Shown: piece by piece, positions 19,472 through 26,162 of the stretch | How the letters are laid out: the number at the start of each line of letters is the position of its first letter | How positions within the stretch are numbered: the stretch's first letter is position 1 | Source of the DNA: a virus | Virus record (IMG/VR): IMGVR_UViG_3300046674_000414 | Location: 1 to 58,354 of that record | Direction: 5' to 3' (one strand) | Length of the DNA: 58,354 nucleotides | Made by a program: the position numbers and the translations under genes | The notes under the pieces: model-generated | Database searches by the model: none | What the model saw: the letters and a program-made list of their open reading frames with translations, nothing else | What the model was told of the DNA's origin: nothing

Positions 19472-20581
19472 GTGCGAATACGTGCTGCTCTGGCCGCACT
19501 GCTCCTGACCCTCGCCGCGCTGCTTGGCGCGTCGGCCCCGGCTGCTGCGGATGATCCGCCGCCGGGCCCGGTCCTGATCGAGGGTGTGGACCTGCACGAT
19601 GTCACGATCAAGCGGTTCGGCGACACGTACTACATGTACGGGTCCCGGTATTCCTGCGGTTTCCAGTGGGGCGTCTCGGGTACGCCGTGGTGCGGCTTCG
19701 GGGTGAGTACGGCGTCGTCGCTGGAGGGGCCGTGGTCCGCTCCGACGCTCCTGTTCCCCGTCAATTCGACCGATCCGTCGACGGGTCGCACCTGGGCGCA
19801 GACCTGCGGCGGGACCGGCCGGGGCTGTTTCAACCCTCGGTTGATCCAGCGCACGGGCTGGGGCTACGACGACGGGGTGTTCATCCTGTGGTTCAACGCT
19901 CCTCGCCACACCGACGACGGGGCCGCGAACGCCTACAACGTGATGGGCTGCAACGGCCCGACCGGCCCGTGCGGCCCGTCGGCGGGCGCCCCGTCCGGCT
20001 CCTTCAATAAGCCGGCGCTCGACCGGTGTCCCGGCAACGGGGACTTCGGGATGATCGAGTCGGGGCAGGGTGGCCGTCCGGCGATTGTCTGCACCGAGCC
20101 GGGCCGGACCGGGCTGGACATTCAGGAACTCAACTGGTCGGGCAGCGGCGGCAATGCGGGCGTGGGCGTGATCCACGTTGCGGGCGTGACGCTCGCTGAG
20201 GGTCCGGGCGGCTGGTGGGATGAGGCGTCGCAGCGTTACGTCCTGACGTACTCGGATCAGGGCTGCGGCTACTGCGCGGGCACCCCGATCGGGTACGCGG
20301 TCTCGTCGTCGCTGTACTCGGGCTGGAGTGCGCCGACCAACGTCGGCTGGGGCGCCCCGACATACGGGAGACGCGCGTTCAATGCGAACTCCTGCGGCGG
20401 TCAGCCCCGCACCGTGACGGTCCTTGATGGCCGCCCGTACCAGATCATCGACCTGTGGCTCGGCACGCGTAACGAGACGCAGGCGCCGACGTTGGTGACG
20501 CCGCTGGACTACACGCCGCGCGCCGGGTCTCCGGGGGACGGCAAGGTCTGGGTGCCGCCGGTCTCCCTCTCCTGCACCTGA
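19472..20581 (+). CDS. Secreted glycoside hydrolase-like beta-propeller (GH43-like)
   Basis: 369 aa. Sec-type signal MRIRAALAALLLTLAALLGASAPAAA. Motifs GDTYYMYGS, SLEGPW and AEGPGGWW...RYVLTYSD resemble five-bladed GH43-type propellers. Confidence 0.65.
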   Translation: MRIRAALAALLLTLAALLGASAPAAADDPPPGPVLIEGVDLHDVTIKRFGDTYYMYGSRYSCGFQWGVSGTPWCGFGVSTASSLEGPWSAPTLLFPVNSTDPSTGRTWAQTCGGTGRGCFNPRLIQRTGWGYDDGVFILWFNAPRHTDDGAANAYNVMGCNGPTGPCGPSAGAPSGSFNKPALDRCPGNGDFGMIESGQGGRPAIVCTEPGRTGLDIQELNWSGSGGNAGVGVIHVAGVTLAEGPGGWWDEASQRYVLTYSDQGCGYCAGTPIGYAVSSSLYSGWSAPTNVGWGAPTYGRRAFNANSCGGQPRTVTVLDGRPYQIIDLWLGTRNETQAPTLVTPLDYTPRAGSPGDGKVWVPPVSLSCT

Positions 20582-20648
20582 CCTGCTCCGCCCCTATCTG
20601 CCCCGTGCCGGTCTGGCCCGGGGTTTCTTCATGCCCTGAGGAGGGCTC

Positions 20649-21509
20649 ATGCCCGAGTTGTGGATGCCGGGCGCGACCCGGCTGGACATAGGCGATCACG
20701 CGCCGACCGACGGCGGCGGCGCAAAGGCGATCGCACACATCACCTGGGATCGCAACGCGAGCGCCGCGAAGCCGCAGGATCTCGTGCCGTACGAGCGGCT
20801 GGTCGACTACTTCGGCCGGAACGCCTCCGGGAAGAAGTCGGCTCCGCACATCCTGTGGGACCCCTTCGGTGGCAGGTTCACCCAGTTCCTCCCGGCGAAC
20901 TCCCGCTCTAAGAGTCTCGCGGACGCGCCGGGCGGTACGCGCACGAACCGCGCGGGCTCGGTCGTGATCCAGATCGAAGCCCTGTTCTTCCCCTACTGCC
21001 GGGTCGACGGCAAGGTGTACGCGAAGTTGACGGACACCCCGTGCGCGGGCTGGCCGGAGCTGCTGGCGTGGGTGCGGTCGTGGGGCGTGCCGGACGTGTG
21101 GCCGATGGGGCGGCCGACGAGCTTCGCGTCGAACCGGTCGGCATCCACCTGGGCGAAGGCGGGTGGCTGGTATGGCCACAGCCAGGTTCCGGAGAACGGC
21201 CACCAGGACCCCGGCTCATGGCCCGCGTTCACGACCGGCGAGGTGAAGCCGACGCCGTCGTTCGAGCCGTTCCCCGGCGCCGCGTTCTTCAAGGTGGGCC
21301 GCCGGTCTCCGATCGTCGCGGCGATGCGGAAGCGCCTGGTCGCGGAGGGCTGCAACCGGTACCAGTCGTCCGCCGACCCGGACGTGTGGGGGTCGGGTGA
21401 CGTCGCCTCGTACGCGGCGTGGCAGCGGCGGCTCGGCTACACGGGGAGTGCCGCCGACGGCGTCCCCGGCGCTACCTCGTGGGCGCGACTCCGCGTCCCC
21501 AACGTCTGA
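20649..21509 (+). CDS. Endolysin (catalytic N-domain plus C-terminal peptidoglycan-binding domain)
   Basis: 286 aa. C-terminal PG_binding_1-like region (V..MR.RL...G......DG..G..S.A..). Adjacent to the holin. Confidence 0.8.
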   Translation: MPELWMPGATRLDIGDHAPTDGGGAKAIAHITWDRNASAAKPQDLVPYERLVDYFGRNASGKKSAPHILWDPFGGRFTQFLPANSRSKSLADAPGGTRTNRAGSVVIQIEALFFPYCRVDGKVYAKLTDTPCAGWPELLAWVRSWGVPDVWPMGRPTSFASNRSASTWAKAGGWYGHSQVPENGHQDPGSWPAFTTGEVKPTPSFEPFPGAAFFKVGRRSPIVAAMRKRLVAEGCNRYQSSADPDVWGSGDVASYAAWQRRLGYTGSAADGVPGATSWARLRVPNV

Positions 21510-21528
21510 TCGAAAGGAACGATTCACC

Positions 21529-21795
21529 ATGTCCGAGATCAACTTCCCCGACGTCGACACGGTCGTGAAGACGGCCGGAACCTACGGCAGAGACCTTGCC
21601 GAGCGTGTCGTGTGGACGTTCCTCGGCGGGACGACGGCGGTCATCGCGGCGGCCGGTCCGGCCGACATGTTCCACGCCTCGTTCTGGCAGGCAGTCGGGA
21701 CCGGGGGCCTCGCGGCCGTCGTGTCCCTCGGGAAGGGGCTGGTGGCCCGCTGGAGAGGGGCGACGAACTCGGCGTCGCTCGCGCGAGGCGTCTGA
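21529..21795 (+). CDS. Holin (r1t-like)
   Basis: 88 aa with two hydrophobic segments (WTFLGGTTAVIAAAG, AVGTGGLAAVVSLG). Follows the endolysin. Confidence 0.7.
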   Translation: MSEINFPDVDTVVKTAGTYGRDLAERVVWTFLGGTTAVIAAAGPADMFHASFWQAVGTGGLAAVVSLGKGLVARWRGATNSASLARGV

Positions 21796-22109
21796 TGACG
21801 GCGCCCGCCCCGGACCCTGGCGTGTACATCCCCAGCGCCCAGATGTACCAGGAGTTGAGATCCCTGAGCGATGGCGTGACCCGGGTCGAGACCAAACTGG
21901 ACGGCATCGGCCAGGGGCTCACGGACCTCGGCAAGGACGTCGCTGATCACGAGTCCAGGCTCCGCGCCCTGGAGGCCATGCCTAAGTCCAGCGACGTCGA
22001 GCCCCGGGTGACCGCTCTTGAGCGGGCCCGGTGGCCGCTGCCGACGGTGGCCGCGCTGACGGCGGTCGGGGCACTCGCGGCGACCCTGTGGCAGGCGGTC
22101 GGCCAGTGA
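21795..22109 (+). CDS. Lysis-cassette membrane protein (coiled-coil, C-terminal TM anchor)
   Basis: 104 aa. ATGA overlap with the holin stop. C-terminal LPTVAALTAVGALAATLW. Confidence 0.6.
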   Translation: MTAPAPDPGVYIPSAQMYQELRSLSDGVTRVETKLDGIGQGLTDLGKDVADHESRLRALEAMPKSSDVEPRVTALERARWPLPTVAALTAVGALAATLWQAVGQ

Positions 22110-22111
22110 CA

Positions 22112-22149
22112 GACGGATGCGCCCCTCCCGGAGGAGGGGCGCATCCGTC
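22112..22149. terminator. Bidirectional stem-loop terminator
   Basis: Perfect 17-bp stem GACGGATGCGCCCCTCC / GGAGGGGCGCATCCGTC with a 4-nt loop, between convergent operons. Confidence 0.8.
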
Positions 22150-22163
22150 ATGTACGGCCGGGT

Positions 22164-22247
22164 CTACGCGTAGCCCCACGTGGTGTCCTCCGGCGCGTAT
22201 CCCCATCCGGGGTCTGCCGGGGTGTGTCTCCAGTGGGTGTCGGCCAT
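22164..22247 (-). CDS. Candidate 27-aa Trp/Tyr-rich peptide
   Basis: MADTHWRHTPADPGWGYAPEDTTWGYA. ATG preceded by GAGGGAGGGG. Last ORF of the leftward operon. Confidence 0.3.
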   Translation of the reverse strand: MADTHWRHTPADPGWGYAPEDTTWGYA

Positions 22248-22336
22248 GTCCCCTCCCTCGATCGGTCGGCAGTACTGCACTACCGGACCGTGATCAATAT
22301 GCCAGGATTCGGCCGCGTTGACGAGATCTTCGGTCC

Positions 22337-22591
22337 TCACTCTCCCGCGGTGAACTTCCCATCTCGACGAGGGGCTCCGTGCCGCCCTTTGCCCGGCCGT
22401 ACGGCGTGCGCGGCGCGCACTTCGTCGGCGTCGTAGAGGGCGTGGGCGCGGCCCTGTGCGTCGATCTGCCGCTCGACGGCGCGCACGCCCCACCGGGACA
22501 GGGTGCCGCGTGCGCTCCCCGGCTGGATGCCGAGGTGCGCGGCGACCTCCCGGATGGTCCACAGGCCGTCTGTTCTGGCAGGGTCGGTCAC
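22337..22591 (-). CDS. Helix-turn-helix DNA-binding protein
   Basis: 84 aa. LWTIREVAAHLGIQPGSARGTLSRWG is HTH-like. Confidence 0.65.
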   Translation of the reverse strand: MTDPARTDGLWTIREVAAHLGIQPGSARGTLSRWGVRAVERQIDAQGRAHALYDADEVRAAHAVRPGKGRHGAPRRDGKFTAGE

Positions 22592-22869
22592 AGGTCCAGG
22601 TCCCCGGCCGCCTCGTCGGCGAACTCCTGGACGCGCTGCACGGCGTCGAGGATCTCCTCGTCGTCGGGGTCCTCACCGGTGACGTGATCGATGAGGGTCG
22701 TGCGGGTGGCGACGATGCGGGTGGCGTGAACGTAGGCTTCGTCCCGCACGTCCAGCTCCCAGTCGCCGCCCTCGTCGTCGGGCCCCTCCTTGTAGTAGAG
22801 GACGGGATGCTCGGCGGGCGAGTCGAAGAGCTGGTGGATGTGGTGGGCGGTGACGGTGACGATGGACAT
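22588..22869 (-). CDS. Hypothetical acidic protein
   Basis: 93 aa, Asp/Glu-rich. RBS AGGGGGG. ATGA overlap with the next gene. Confidence 0.65.
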   Translation of the reverse strand: MSIVTVTAHHIHQLFDSPAEHPVLYYKEGPDDEGGDWELDVRDEAYVHATRIVATRTTLIDHVTGEDPDDEEILDAVQRVQEFADEAAGDLDL

Positions 22870-22919
22870 GATCCCCCCTGGGAATCGCGACGTCGGGGTG
22901 TTTTCCTGCCTGCGACCCC

Positions 22920-22948
22920 ACTATGCATCACGTGATGCGTAGTGGCAA
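22920..22948 (-). promoter_or_regulatory. Leftward promoter TTGCCA-N17-CATAGT with palindromic operator in the spacer
   Basis: Read on the minus strand. The 14-bp perfect palindrome GCATCACGTGATGC (22925-22938) fills the spacer and -10 edge. Confidence 0.55.
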
Positions 22949-22964
22949 GGGTATCGACGCCCCC

Positions 22965-22993
22965 TTGAAGCCGGGTCCGCAATCGGGCATAGT
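22965..22993 (+). promoter_or_regulatory. Rightward promoter TTGAAG-N17-CATAGT
   Basis: Hexamers with 17-nt spacing. Same -10 hexamer as the divergent promoter 16 nt away. Confidence 0.5.
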
Positions 22994-23045
22994 GACCCAC
23001 AGCCGATGGGCCAAGAAATAGGGCAGCCTGCAACGCAGCGCTACC

Positions 23046-23074
23046 TTCATCCCCGCGCACGCGGGGTGCAAGAC
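23046..23074 (+). repeat. CRISPR type I-E repeat-like unit 1
   Basis: TTCAT-CCCCGCGCACGCGGGG-TGCAAGAC. Same 5+16+8 layout as the E. coli I-E repeat, with 14/16 core identity (repeat recalled from memory). Confidence 0.4.
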
Positions 23075-23076
23075 GA

Positions 23077-23104
23077 TATATTCCCGCACACGCGGGGGCT
23101 CGAC
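23077..23104 (+). repeat. CRISPR type I-E repeat-like unit 2
   Basis: TATATT-CCCGCACACGCGGG-GGCTCGAC. TTCCCGCACACGCGGGGG is identical to the core of the S. thermophilus CRISPR4 repeat as I recall it. Confidence 0.4.
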
Positions 23105-23106
23105 CT

Positions 23107-23140
23107 GAAACCCCCACCACCTCCGGGCGGTGGGGGTTTC
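23107..23140 (+). terminator. Stem-loop terminator
   Basis: Perfect 12-bp stem GAAACCCCCACC / GGTGGGGGTTTC with a 10-nt loop, followed by TTCTTC. Confidence 0.65.
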
Positions 23141-23160
23141 TTCATGCCCGAACGCGAAGC

Positions 23161-23195
23161 GCCCCCTGTACAGGAGTTCAACCCGTACAGGGGGC
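23161..23195 (+). terminator. Second stem-loop (terminator or attenuator)
   Basis: Perfect 11-bp stem GCCCCCTGTAC / GTACAGGGGGC with a 13-nt loop. Confidence 0.5.
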
Positions 23196-23263
23196 GCAAC
23201 CACGTCTCCCCGCCACCGGAGAGGAGTACCGTCCTGAGTGTCTAGGTCAGAACGGAGCTAAGT

Positions 23264-24505
23264 ATGCCCGACCCTGCACCCTCGCACGCTGGGGAACAAC
23301 TGAAAGACCTCCGCCTCGGCCGAGGCATGACACAAGAATGCCTCGCCAACAGGGCGAACATCAGCGTCGGAGTGGTGAAGAAACTGGAACGCGGCGGGAC
23401 CGCCCGCGTCGACACCTACCATCGGCTGGCCCGCGCCCTCGGAGTGGAAACTCAGAACCTGTTCGAAACCGACGGGCCCCACTCCACCACGCGGGCCGAC
23501 GACGACAACATCGACCTCATGCCGCTCCGACAGGCCATCGCTCCGGCTGTCACCTTCACAGGCCGTATCGACCCGCCCATCCTGAGCGTCGCCGAACCCA
23601 ACCTTCCGCAGCTTCAACGGACAGCCCGCGCGGTCGGTGTGGCCTACCACAGCGACCGGTACGGGGAGGTCGCCGAACTCCTCCCCACCCTGGTGCAGTC
23701 CGCCCACGCCGCAGTCAGCCACTTCGACACCGGCCCCGACCATGCCGCAGCGATCCGCGTCCGGTCCGATGTCCTACAGATGGCAGGCCGCTACCTCACC
23801 CAGGTCCGCGCCTACGACCTGGCCCACATCGCACTCAGAGACTCAATCCAAGACGCGGCGAAGATCGAAGACATGGAGGCGGTCGCTGCGGCCGTCTACC
23901 AGCAAGGCTGGTTGCTGATGCGGCAGGGGCGCCTAGATGAGGCCGAGAGGGTCAGTGTGGCCACGGCCGACGCGGTCGAGCCGCGTATCTCACGCGCCAC
24001 GCGTCCGGCCCTCGGAGCCTGGGGAAAGTTGCTGGTGCACGGCAGTGCAGCTGCGGCTCGGAACAATCGGCCGACGGAGGCGCGCGAGATCCTGAGGCTC
24101 GGGCGGACTGCTGGTGCCGCGCTGGGGGGTGCTGAAGCAGTTGCGGTTTCCAGCTGGGGGCGGTTCGACTGGCGGACCGTCGCGTTTCAGGGGATCGAGA
24201 ACCAATTGGTGGCGGAGAAGCCGGACCGGGTCCTACGGCTGTCCGAGAGGATGCCGCAGCCTGTGGACAAGAAGGGGCGCGTGTTCATGCGGCGGCATCT
24301 GCTGGACGTGGCGCACGCCCATCTGATGATGCGGCAGCCCGATGAGGCCACCGACATCCTGTACGTGGTGTTCCATGACACCCCGGAGTGGCTGCGCCAT
24401 CAGCGGATGGCTGCGGATACGTTCCGGGAGGTTCTGAAGAAGGGGAAGCGGCGGCGGTTGTCGGCGAAGCAGAGGGAGCTGGCGTCGTTCTTCGGGGCGC
24501 GGTAA
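23264..24505 (+). CDS. XRE-family HTH regulator with long TPR-like C-terminal domain
   Basis: 413 aa. N-terminal LKDLRLGRGMTQECLANRANISVGVVKKLERG, then ~340 aa of helical-repeat sequence. RBS GGAG. Confidence 0.8.
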   Translation: MPDPAPSHAGEQLKDLRLGRGMTQECLANRANISVGVVKKLERGGTARVDTYHRLARALGVETQNLFETDGPHSTTRADDDNIDLMPLRQAIAPAVTFTGRIDPPILSVAEPNLPQLQRTARAVGVAYHSDRYGEVAELLPTLVQSAHAAVSHFDTGPDHAAAIRVRSDVLQMAGRYLTQVRAYDLAHIALRDSIQDAAKIEDMEAVAAAVYQQGWLLMRQGRLDEAERVSVATADAVEPRISRATRPALGAWGKLLVHGSAAAARNNRPTEAREILRLGRTAGAALGGAEAVAVSSWGRFDWRTVAFQGIENQLVAEKPDRVLRLSERMPQPVDKKGRVFMRRHLLDVAHAHLMMRQPDEATDILYVVFHDTPEWLRHQRMAADTFREVLKKGKRRRLSAKQRELASFFGAR

Positions 24506-24588
24506 GGGGCACGTTTCGTGCACCTTGGCCCTGGTGCGCGAAGTGAACGGCCACGTTCCGCGCCTGTTGGTCGGACACTGCTCTCCGT

Positions 24589-24623
24589 ACGGTCACGAGT
24601 GTAAGGCGGATCACCGTGACCGT
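24589..24623 (+). promoter_or_regulatory. Intercistronic hairpin abutting the next RBS
   Basis: 9-bp stem ACGGTCACG / CGTGACCGT with a 17-nt loop. Ends 1 nt before GGAGG of the gene at 24635. Confidence 0.4.
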
Positions 24624-24634
24624 GGAGGCGTGAC

Positions 24635-24955
24635 ATGCCACCCGAGACTGCCCCACCCATCGACGCGCTCACCCTGCTGCACCTGCCGCCCCTCGACGAG
24701 CTGGCGCAGGTGCAGGCCCGGGGCGCCGCCTGCGTCTGGTGTGCCACGCGGCTGGACACGGCGACGGCGGTGGACCTCGGCGAGCGCAAGCACAGCCACT
24801 ACTCGACTTTCCCCCGCGCATGCCGCCCCTGCGTCGGGGACGCTGCGGCCCGGACGCTCCGCGCGCACGCCGGAATGTGCGAGCAGTGCACGGATGACGA
24901 CAGCCGCTGCGAGACCGCGACCGCCCACCGGCAGCTGATCGAGGAGTACCGGTGA
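24635..24955 (+). CDS. Hypothetical Cys-rich protein
   Basis: 106 aa. CVWC...CRPC...CEQC...C pairs. RBS GGAGG. Confidence 0.7.
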   Translation: MPPETAPPIDALTLLHLPPLDELAQVQARGAACVWCATRLDTATAVDLGERKHSHYSTFPRACRPCVGDAAARTLRAHAGMCEQCTDDDSRCETATAHRQLIEEYR

Positions 24956-25125
24956 CCAGCCCGGTGCGCCGGCACCTCCAGGTCGCGTCGATCCGCGTCG
25001 ACGCCGCCTACCGCGCGCTCATGGACCACTGCCAGGACTGCCTGCGGTGTCAGGCCGGGACGACCTGCCGAGCCTCGCAGCGCCTGCGGCGCGCCTGGTA
25101 CGCGGCCCGAGGGGAGCGACCGTGA
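24952..25125 (+). CDS. Hypothetical small Cys-rich protein
   Basis: 57 aa translated by hand (VTSPVRRHLQV...HCQDCLRCQAGTTC...). GTGA overlaps at both ends. Confidence 0.55.
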   Translation: MTSPVRRHLQVASIRVDAAYRALMDHCQDCLRCQAGTTCRASQRLRRAWYAARGERP

Positions 25126-25316
25126 CCACACCCCCGCAGCCCCCCGAGCGTCCGCCGATGACGATCCGGGTGTACACGGTGGACCGCTACGGTACGGTCA
25201 CCAGCGACCGCGGCACCGTCGTCGTGCCGCACGACCCGGACGCGCGACCTGATCCGCTGGGCACGAGGTACCCGCCGTGCGCCTGCCCGCGCTGTCGCCT
25301 CGGAGACACCGGATGA
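25122..25316 (+). CDS. Hypothetical small protein
   Basis: 64 aa (alternative ATG at 25158). Ends ...PPCACPRCRLGDTG. GTGA/ATGA coupling. Confidence 0.55.
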   Translation: MTTPPQPPERPPMTIRVYTVDRYGTVTSDRGTVVVPHDPDARPDPLGTRYPPCACPRCRLGDTG

Positions 25317-25663
25317 CCGCGGGCGCCCCCGGGGCGGACGTTCCGCAGCCCGGCCTGGTCACCATGTGTGCGGCAGCCGCCTGGGTACTCGCGCAGACGA
25401 CGCTGCCCCCGCGGACCACCCGGCTCATCGGCGACGATCTCGCCGCCTGCCTGGAGCAGCTGCTCCCGTGCATTGAGGAGTTGGCCGCCGGTCGGGACGA
25501 CATGCCGACGGTCATGGTCACGATCGGGGAGGTGCGCCGCCACCTGGACCTCCCCGTGCAGGCCGGGGGCCCCGGCGAGACGGAGCGCGTCCGCCGAATC
25601 GCGGTATCCCTCCTGGCACTCCACGCTCACCACGACACGCTCACCGAGGAGGGAAACCGATGA
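25313..25663 (+). CDS. Hypothetical protein
   Basis: 116 aa. ATGA overlaps at both ends. Confidence 0.65.
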   Translation: MTAGAPGADVPQPGLVTMCAAAAWVLAQTTLPPRTTRLIGDDLAACLEQLLPCIEELAAGRDDMPTVMVTIGEVRRHLDLPVQAGGPGETERVRRIAVSLLALHAHHDTLTEEGNR

Positions 25664-25863
25664 AGACCCAGACCAGCTCGCCCGAACCGTTCGACCTGTC
25701 TGTTTCGGCCCCAGCCGCCACCCCCGTGCCCGGCTGTGACCGGTGCGCCGAGCTGGCCCGTGAACGCGGAGAGGCAAGGCGCGCGCGGGACTACTCGCGG
25801 GCGTCGGACTGCGCGGTCGGCATCCGCACCCACGACACCGGCCACCTCGGCACCCCCCTGTAG
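25660..25863 (+). CDS. Hypothetical small protein
   Basis: 67 aa. CDRCAEL...SDCAVGIRTH. Last gene of the operon. Confidence 0.6.
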   Translation: MKTQTSSPEPFDLSVSAPAATPVPGCDRCAELARERGEARRARDYSRASDCAVGIRTHDTGHLGTPL

Positions 25864-25866
25864 ACC

Positions 25867-25905
25867 CCCGCTCCCGGCCTGGGTTGGGGCTCTGCCGGGA
25901 GCGGG
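25867..25905 (+). terminator. Stem-loop terminator
   Basis: 12-bp stem CCCGCTCCCGGC / GCCGGGAGCGGG, 3 nt after the stop codon. Two more GC hairpins follow (about 25913-25948 and 25949-25991). Confidence 0.65.
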
Positions 25906-26130
25906 ACCAGACGGCCGCCCTATCCGATCCCCCGCGGCGGGCGGCCACGACCCGCCGTCGCGCGTCACTCCCCGTGCGCCGACGGCGGGTCACTCGTCGG
26001 CGAGGCGGATCTATGGCCAGAGCCTGTACGGCCGGTTACAGATTCGCACGGGGTGTAAAGGTTTCGTGCATATAGGTGCCCTGGCCAGGGTTCCAATGCG
26101 GCCCGACCTGTTGTTGACTGGGATTCGATA

Positions 26131-26155
26131 GCGCACTCCCAGCCAGGGGGTGCGC
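26131..26155 (-). terminator. Stem-loop terminator of the small XRE gene
   Basis: 10-bp stem GCGCACTCCC / GGGGGTGCGC (one G-U pair), just downstream of the minus-strand stop at 26163. Confidence 0.55.
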
Positions 26156-26162
26156 TGCCGAG

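Larger units (their letters stand above)
23000..23143 (+). ncRNA. Candidate ~140-nt structured small RNA or leader carrying CRISPR-repeat-like hairpins
   Basis: Bounded by the promoter at 22965-22993 and the 12-bp-stem terminator at 23107-23140. No convincing ORF. Confidence 0.3.

Noticed and set aside
23046-23104. Calling the two repeat-like units a bona fide CRISPR array
   Set aside because: There are only two units with a 2-nt gap and therefore no spacer. The units are only ~60% identical to each other, and no cas genes are present. They are reported as repeat-like units or a possible repeat mimic instead.
22164-23120. 318-aa minus-strand ORF covering the leftward operon and the promoter region
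   Set aside because: Its composition is artefactual and it runs through the intergenic promoters and palindrome. The real genes (22337-22591 and 22588-22869) are in other frames. Only its last 27 codons were kept, as a low-confidence mini-ORF.
23006-23245. 79-aa + strand ORF across the hairpin-rich intergenic region
   Set aside because: It would have to be translated through four strong stem-loops and two repeat-like units, and it has a poor start context. Only the 33-codon tail from ATG 23144 is mentioned, as a weak possibility.
25992-26130. Relatively AT-rich 140-bp gap between the Cys-rich operon terminators and the small XRE gene, considered as an sRNA or gene
   Set aside because: No ORF with an RBS was found, nor a convincing promoter-terminator pair or conserved-looking structure. 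It is left unannotated.
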